A stretch of 64,000 nt of DNA, from positions 1-64,000 of IMG/VR virus record IMGVR_UViG_3300037400_006466. One strand, 5' to 3'. Positions 58,785-64,000 of this stretch are shown one piece after another. Within the stretch, counting starts at the first letter, position 1. The number at the start of each line of letters is the position of its first letter. A program made the position numbers and the translations under genes. The DNA is from a virus. Its lineage: Duplodnaviria; Heunggongvirae; Uroviricota; Caudoviricetes. The notes beneath the pieces are model-generated. The model did no database searches, was not told the origin of the DNA, and was given only the letters and a program-made list of their open reading frames with translations.

Positions 58785-60554
58785 ATGGCTACAAAGAAAA
58801 GATTTAAGGAAGCTGAGTTCGTTGACCAGAACGAGACACAGGCTCAGGCAGTTCCTGCAACAGATGCTGAGGTCGCACAGGCTGCTCCTGTTGAGGCTGC
58901 TCCTGCAGAACCAGTTGATGCTGCTCCTGTTGAGGATAAGGCAGTTCTCCCAGAGGGAACAGATGAGGCCGCCGCTGACGGTGGTGTTGAGGTGAATCCT
59001 GCAACAGTCTCTGTTCAGGTTCAGATTCCGGTTGACCAGTTGGGAGCCGCTGTGGCTCAGGCAACAGGTGACCAGGAAGTCGCTAATCTTTCACCTGATG
59101 TTGAATCAGCACAGGAGGCAGAGTTGGTTTCAGAGACACCAGATGAGGATATTCCTGTTGAAGGTGCCACAGAGGAAGCCCCTGCTGAGATGGGTGGTGA
59201 TGAAGGTGTTGAACCACAGCTTGAGTCAAAGGAATCCGCAGACAACAGACTCAAAGAGGATGTTTTCACAGATTCAGACAAAGTTGAGGGAAAGGACGAT
59301 TACGGCAAGGGTGATTCATCCGATGATAACTATCAGGATGGAAAGGATTCAGCCAATAAGCATGAGGACCCCAGAATGGACATGATTGACCATGCCATTC
59401 CTGAGGAGGGAAAGGCTCTCAAGGAGTCTGAGGATGATGATGAGGTTGAGGATGAGGCTGATGACCTTCCTCCAGGAATGGAAGGTGAGGATGCTGACCT
59501 TGACATGGATGCCCTTGGCGGAGAGGAAGGACCTGGTTTTGCAGCCTCCAACGAATTCGATGTTGAGATAGATGAGAATGACCCTGCAGTGCAGGACTTC
59601 CTCAGCAAGATAGATGATTATCTCGCTGATGAGGAAGCTCAGCCAGCTCAGGTCGCAGATGCTCTCAGAGCTTCAGCTGACTTCTTTGATGCAATTGCAC
59701 CAGAGGAAGAGGAAGCTGAGGATGGTGACCTTCTTGATGTTGAGGAAGGTGAGGATGACATTGAGGATGATGGAGACATTCCTCTTGACCTGGATGCCAT
59801 CAACGGATATAAGACCAGCGGTCATGCCAAGACAGGTGATGATGTCCTTGACCAGTTCTCAGAGCTTCCTGAGGAAGATGAGGATTATGAGGAGTCAGTC
59901 ACCAGAGTTCCTTGCAAGTTCCCTGGAAAGAAGTTCAGTGAGAGCAAGAGAGTTCCAAGAGATCTTCCTCTTGTCAAGGAGACCAAGAGAGTCAAAGAGT
60001 CCTTTGAGGATGATGAATACTTTGATGAAGATGAAGATTGGGATGCTTATGAGGAGTTTGATAAGCTCATAGATGAATGGGGTGCTGAAAAGGCCCTTAG
60101 AGCACTTAAGAGATTCATTTCCAATTATGACCCAGACCTTATTACCAATTTTGTTGATGAAGTTAAGAAAGGAAATGTTGATGCAGGTCTTTATGAGTCC
60201 AAGAAGCCTGTCGCCAAGAAGCTCAATGAAGAGACTGATTACAGTGCTGTGAAGTTCCCTGCAGGCTCAAGTGACGCAGATGATGACAATGACATCATTT
60301 CAGTCTATGAGAAGACACAGAACTCCAGAAGAAATGCAATCAGGAACTTCAGGGAGTCAGTCATCAGGAATGAGGAGAACATCCCTTCAAGACAGAGCGC
60401 ATCAAGATTCAATGAGGCCCTGAGAAGCTCAGTGAGGATGAACGGAAGCTCCAAGGGCTCAAAGTCTTGGGCAGACAACAAATTCCTTGACAAGTACAAC
60501 GAGTCACAGGAACTCAACTTCAAGCAGCTCATCAGCGAAGGATTTCTGGGTTAA
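58785..60554 (+). CDS. Highly acidic prohead core/scaffold-like protein
   Basis: D/E-rich; repeated FKE, LKE, FSES, VKES, LYES, LNEE, FRES, YNES; ACTAATT at 58673-58679. Confidence 0.6.
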   Translation: MATKKRFKEAEFVDQNETQAQAVPATDAEVAQAAPVEAAPAEPVDAAPVEDKAVLPEGTDEAAADGGVEVNPATVSVQVQIPVDQLGAAVAQATGDQEVANLSPDVESAQEAELVSETPDEDIPVEGATEEAPAEMGGDEGVEPQLESKESADNRLKEDVFTDSDKVEGKDDYGKGDSSDDNYQDGKDSANKHEDPRMDMIDHAIPEEGKALKESEDDDEVEDEADDLPPGMEGEDADLDMDALGGEEGPGFAASNEFDVEIDENDPAVQDFLSKIDDYLADEEAQPAQVADALRASADFFDAIAPEEEEAEDGDLLDVEEGEDDIEDDGDIPLDLDAINGYKTSGHAKTGDDVLDQFSELPEEDEDYEESVTRVPCKFPGKKFSESKRVPRDLPLVKETKRVKESFEDDEYFDEDEDWDAYEEFDKLIDEWGAEKALRALKRFISNYDPDLITNFVDEVKKGNVDAGLYESKKPVAKKLNEETDYSAVKFPAGSSDADDDNDIISVYEKTQNSRRNAIRNFRESVIRNEENIPSRQSASRFNEALRSSVRMNGSSKGSKSWADNKFLDKYNESQELNFKQLISEGFLG

Positions 60555-60910
60555 TGGCTATCAGAGAAAGGAGCAGATTGGCTGAGAAGTCAGTCTACTC
60601 CCTTAAGAATGAGGTTCTGGGTTTCATCATAAGGGACTCAGAGAACGGGAAGTATCTTGCTGAAAAGCCCCTCAGCAATGAAGGGGCTACAGACTATTCA
60701 TCTGATTCATGGTGGGCTGATTCCATGGATGATGCATCAGTGTTCATGAAAGTGGATGATGCTTTCTATGCATTGGATGATGTGGCTACTGATTTCGCTG
60801 ATGCAAGCGGGATTGACAAGGATGATGTCATAGACAGGTTTGAGGTCAATCCCATATATTCCTCAGACATCTATGTCAAGGAAGCCCCTTTAAGCAGAGG
60901 TCTGAGATAA
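60554..60910 (+). CDS. Hypothetical late protein
   Basis: TAATG-coupled; RLAE site near N-terminus. Confidence 0.65.
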   Translation: MAIRERSRLAEKSVYSLKNEVLGFIIRDSENGKYLAEKPLSNEGATDYSSDSWWADSMDDASVFMKVDDAFYALDDVATDFADASGIDKDDVIDRFEVNPIYSSDIYVKEAPLSRGLR

Positions 60911-60930
60911 ACAGAATCAAAAAAAAAAAT

Positions 60931-60950
60931 ACCCCACAGAAATGTGGGGT
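60931..60950. terminator. Bidirectional terminator
   Basis: ACCCCACA-gaaa-TGTGGGGT. Confidence 0.85.
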
Positions 60951-60976
60951 TTATTTTTATCTGTTTATTATTCTTA

Positions 60977-61360
60977 TTATACTTTTTTGGCTATGGCCAT
61001 CCATGTGAATCCAGCTCCAGTAAAGTGGGACAGACTTGCCATAAGGGTTATTTCAGAATTATCAGGTTTTCCGAATGCGCTGAACTTGATACTCTTGAGG
61101 TAATCTTCATTGATTATATCCTTAGCAAATTTGAGGACTTCATTCTTGAATAATTTTTTAAGTCCTTCAATGGAATTAGCATCTGTCTCAGTAAGAGTAT
61201 CAGTTATATTGGTTCTGCTAACATAAGAAGTACTAAGATGTCCTTTTGAAGTTTTGGATGGCTGTGTGAATATCATTTTAGTTATGTGAAATCTTTCTTT
61301 ATTTCCAAGGCCTAAGAACTCTTTTAAAGTATTATTATCTTTCCAGGACTTTTTATTCAT
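60977..61360 (-). CDS. Putative internal head protein carrying the WKDxN tag
   Basis: MNKKSWKDNNTLKE; variant promoter ACTAACT at 61379-61385. Confidence 0.65.
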   Translation of the reverse strand: MNKKSWKDNNTLKEFLGLGNKERFHITKMIFTQPSKTSKGHLSTSYVSRTNITDTLTETDANSIEGLKKLFKNEVLKFAKDIINEDYLKSIKFSAFGKPDNSEITLMASLSHFTGAGFTWMAIAKKV

Positions 61361-61398
61361 TATTTTTCTCCAATAAAGAGTTAGTTATTTTTTAGGAA

Positions 61399-61746
61399 TC
61401 AATATCCGCAGAAGTCTCCGTCTGTGGAAATGAGTCCTCCAATATAAGGAGTTCCCTTGTACTTGGGTCTGTTGGGTCCGACCTCAAGGATTGAGACCCT
61501 TGAGAGCTTTGTCTGCTTCTCACCACGGAACTCAGTCTCACCAGTGACAGAGGCAACAAACTTGTCTCCAACCCAAATCTCCTTGGAAGTGCTGACGGTG
61601 TAAATGACTCCATCCTCACCTACAACTCTGTAGAAGAAACTGTCTGTCTTAGGAAAGACACCAGAAAGTGCATATCCATAAGTAGAATGTCTCAGAACCT
61701 TAACTTCCTTGGCGGTGACTTCTCTTCTTTCTTTCTTGGTAGCCAT
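61399..61746 (-). CDS. Early protein, OB-fold-like
   Basis: GEDGVIY..EFRGEKQTKLSRV; own early promoter. Confidence 0.6.
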   Translation of the reverse strand: MATKKERREVTAKEVKVLRHSTYGYALSGVFPKTDSFFYRVVGEDGVIYTVSTSKEIWVGDKFVASVTGETEFRGEKQTKLSRVSILEVGPNRPKYKGTPYIGGLISTDGDFCGY

Positions 61747-61768
61747 ATCTCTTTCTCCTTACATTCTC

Positions 61769-61804
61769 ATAATAACAGAAAAGGGACTTGTTGTCAAGTC
61801 CCTT
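61769..61804 (-). promoter_or_regulatory. Early promoter TTGACA-17-TATTAT embedded in a perfect 10-bp stem-loop
   Basis: AAGGGACTTG-acaa-CAAGTCCCTT. Confidence 0.8.
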
Positions 61805-61828
61805 ATTTATTTTTTTTTGTTTTTTTTA

Positions 61829-62293
61829 TCAATCTACCAGAACAAGCTTCTTGTTCAGATAGGCATCAACCATTTCAATAACCACATACTTGTAGTCACT
61901 GATGGTATCATTATTGGAAGAATAGGTCTCCTCATCAATTTTGGAGACATTTCTGAACTTGGGTGAGATATAACAGTCTGTATCCTCTGCAATATCAAGA
62001 AGAGTTGAACTCCATTTCTTTTTGAGTGTGGGGTCAAGAATCCTGACAGTACCAGAGAAGGACTCTGTATCAATATCAATATTGACAGTGAATTCAAGAC
62101 CATAGAACTTTGACCTTGAGGACTTTCTGAGCTTGAAGGTCTTACCATTGATTTCCTCTACGAAAATCTCCTTCTTGGCAGAAAGAATAAGTGCCTCCTG
62201 AGCCTTGATTGCCTGCTGAAGCTGAACAATCTGTTCATCGAATGTCTTGATGGTGGCCTCACACTGTTTGATAGTCTTAATGTTCTTATTCAT
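61829..62293 (-). CDS. Early hypothetical protein with N-terminal coiled coil
   Basis: Own early promoter. Confidence 0.7.
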   Translation of the reverse strand: MNKNIKTIKQCEATIKTFDEQIVQLQQAIKAQEALILSAKKEIFVEEINGKTFKLRKSSRSKFYGLEFTVNIDIDTESFSGTVRILDPTLKKKWSSTLLDIAEDTDCYISPKFRNVSKIDEETYSSNNDTISDYKYVVIEMVDAYLNKKLVLVD

Positions 62294-62317
62294 AGGTTTA
62301 TCTCTCCTTACATTCTT

Positions 62318-62346
62318 ATAATAACATATTGAAGACTTTCTGTCAA
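62318..62346 (-). promoter_or_regulatory. Early promoter TTGACA-17-TATTAT; -35 contains the upstream TGA stop
   Basis: Sequence read directly. Confidence 0.8.
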
Positions 62347-62783
62347 CAGTTAAAGTTGATTAAATTAATCAGATTTTCTGTACTAATCTCATCATTTTTG
62401 ATTTGATTAATGAGATTTTCAAGACTTGAAATAAGGGTTTTCTTATAGTCGTTTGACCCATCAGAAGAAAAGTAGTTTATGAATTCAATATCGAATCTTC
62501 CTTTCTCTTCAAGCTGTTTGTCAATAATGTCAATAAGGCCAAGCCACTTATCATGGACAAGATTTCTCTTTTCTTCTGTCCAAGAACTGTCATTGATGCC
62601 ATCATCCTCTTCACTGAAATAATTTCCATCCCAAAGGACACTCTCTGCATCCTTTGTGAAAGACTTTCTGTAGTCCCATGGAGTATCTCTCTGACCTGCC
62701 ATGTAAGAGAAAGAGATTGCATCATCACAAATCTCACCTTTTTCAATGTTGTTGGGTGTTCCGTGAAGGATTACATAATTCAT
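62343..62783 (-). CDS. Early hypothetical protein
   Basis: Own early promoter at 62806-62834. Confidence 0.7.
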   Translation of the reverse strand: MNYVILHGTPNNIEKGEICDDAISFSYMAGQRDTPWDYRKSFTKDAESVLWDGNYFSEEDDGINDSSWTEEKRNLVHDKWLGLIDIIDKQLEEKGRFDIEFINYFSSDGSNDYKKTLISSLENLINQIKNDEISTENLINLINFNC

Positions 62784-62883
62784 AGGCTTTCTCCTTTACA
62801 TATATAATATATAATATTTTCTTAATTATGTCAACTATCTGTTCATGGTTTGTTGAAAGAGGTGGATTAAGGACTAATTCTAT

Positions 62884-63357
62884 ATGCTGGAATCAGATTT
62901 CAATACTATCGTGACAAAATCCTTCAATTCTCAGGGCGGGTATGGGTTCAAGATTCCAGATGAACGCTCCACCATAACTGGATTCCATTCCAAGAATCCC
63001 TATGATGTATACGGATTATACAAGGGGAAATTTTGGGCATGGGAATCCAAATGGATGAACAAGGTTCAGTCCTTCAACTTCAGCAGGCTTGAGGACCATC
63101 AGATAGACAATCTCATAAAATCCTATGAGATAATGGATGGAAATGGTATAAGTATATTCGCCATAGGGGTGGATTTCGGAAGGGCTGACAAAAGAGTTTT
63201 CATATGGGGTAACGAAGAGCTTTATATTATAAAGGAGAGGAAATTATCCAAAAAGAACATTCTGGGAAAGGAGTTCAAGGAACTTGATAACTTTGTCAGG
63301 ATAACCAAAGGGGCTGTTCCCATGGATGATGTCCTGAGACTCATATACAAGGATTAA
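62884..63357 (+). CDS. RecU-like Holliday junction resolvase
   Basis: ESDFN..FKIPD..PYDVYG..AWESK..FSRLEDHQIDNL. Confidence 0.8.
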   Translation: MLESDFNTIVTKSFNSQGGYGFKIPDERSTITGFHSKNPYDVYGLYKGKFWAWESKWMNKVQSFNFSRLEDHQIDNLIKSYEIMDGNGISIFAIGVDFGRADKRVFIWGNEELYIIKERKLSKKNILGKEFKELDNFVRITKGAVPMDDVLRLIYKD

Positions 63358-63365
63358 CTGATTAA

Positions 63366-63602
63366 ATGCTTTACAGATTCATATGTCCCAAATGCAGGAA
63401 CACCATGGAGATAAACGTATCCTCTGATGAGATAAAGAACCAGAGGATTGTCTGCGGAAAATGCAATGAGCTGATGAGAAGGGATTGGAGGGCATCCATG
63501 TTTGCCGCTGATTCAGACAAGGCATCCAACATAGAGGATACCTCATATCTCAACAGCATAATGGATACAAGACCCAGTGGAAAGACCCGTTCTATCTACT
63601 GA
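63366..63602 (+). CDS. FmdB-type zinc-ribbon protein
   Basis: YRFICPKC..CGKC..MRR. Confidence 0.8.
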   Translation: MLYRFICPKCRNTMEINVSSDEIKNQRIVCGKCNELMRRDWRASMFAADSDKASNIEDTSYLNSIMDTRPSGKTRSIY

Positions 63603-63642
63603 TATCTCTATATCTCACTAATTATTGAGATTGGATAGTTTT

Positions 63643-64000
63643 ATGGCAGAACTTGAATTAAAAGACAATAATGGAAAATTACCTGACTCCTCGGCTATAA
63701 AGTCATCTGGATTCTCCAATTTCCTGTCAACCCTTTTCGGATGGAGAAGGTCAAAAGGAACCACTGCATCCAATAAAGTGGAGTTCACACAGGTTGACCT
63801 TGGAGCAAAGGAACAGAGGATAGGTCAGGCCTTCATAAACAACGCTCCTAATTTAGAAGGGCCTATGAGCGAGAAGCTTGAGCAGCTTTTCAATATATGG
63901 CTTACAGACAATACAACAAGATATGAGGACCTCCAGGAAAGAATGGCTAGGATTAGTCAGCTGGAATATATGGTCCTCAATGACCCCTATGTAGGAAGAA
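63643..64000 (+). CDS. Probable portal protein, N-terminal fragment
   Basis: Open to window end; RMARISQLEYMVLNDPYV resembles gp20-type portal N-terminus; ACTAATT at 63617-63623; follows FmdB/RecU. Confidence 0.55.
   Translation, partial: MAELELKDNNGKLPDSSAIKSSGFSNFLSTLFGWRRSKGTTASNKVEFTQVDLGAKEQRIGQAFINNAPNLEGPMSEKLEQLFNIWLTDNTTRYEDLQERMARISQLEYMVLNDPYVGR

Noticed and set aside
3650-60532. Antisense or alternate-frame ORFs such as 3650-4267+, 5313-5939+, 9232-9702+, 45264-46007-, 59614-60072+
   Set aside because: Shadows of well-supported genes; no RBS or promoter and biased composition
1-64000. Stop-codon recoding (TAG/TGA)
   Set aside because: Long genes are intact in code 11; TGA stops overlap next starts (ATGA) and TAG ends 36953-37303; only one local readthrough candidate
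1-64000. CRISPR array
   Set aside because: No regularly spaced repeats seen

Overview
64 kb of a large T4-like/jumbo myovirus genome with no host chromosome, tRNAs or CRISPR seen. Secreted/outer-membrane genes and a BspA-type LRR tail protein hint at an anaerobic spirochaete (Sphaerochaeta/Treponema-like) host; this is inference. Content: DNA methyltransferase plus Tad1-like sponge, class III RNR (nrdD/nrdG), GroES, a contractile-tail module (fibres, 2554-aa baseplate protein, gp6/gp25-like, four tube paralogs, sheath, terminator), SbcD, 5'-3' exonuclease, primase, sliding clamp, two sigma factors, two HNH homing endonucleases, ThyX-like, Hsp20, neck, TerL, scaffold-like protein, RecU and the portal 5' end. 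Main unannotated signals: (1) four unrelated late genes share an N-terminal W-K-[DE]-x-N-x-x-L..E tag that also matches the scaffold-like protein's C-terminus, a candidate capsid-loading system; (2) a ~155-nt 6S-RNA-shaped ncRNA; (3) a late HD/ligase-like/nuclease polyprotein next to an HxGH nucleotidyltransferase; (4) three promoter classes (sigma70-type, TTATATTA, ACTAATT) matching a two-sigma cascade, with several apparently leaderless mRNAs. All protein calls are by-eye motif recognition, not database searches.
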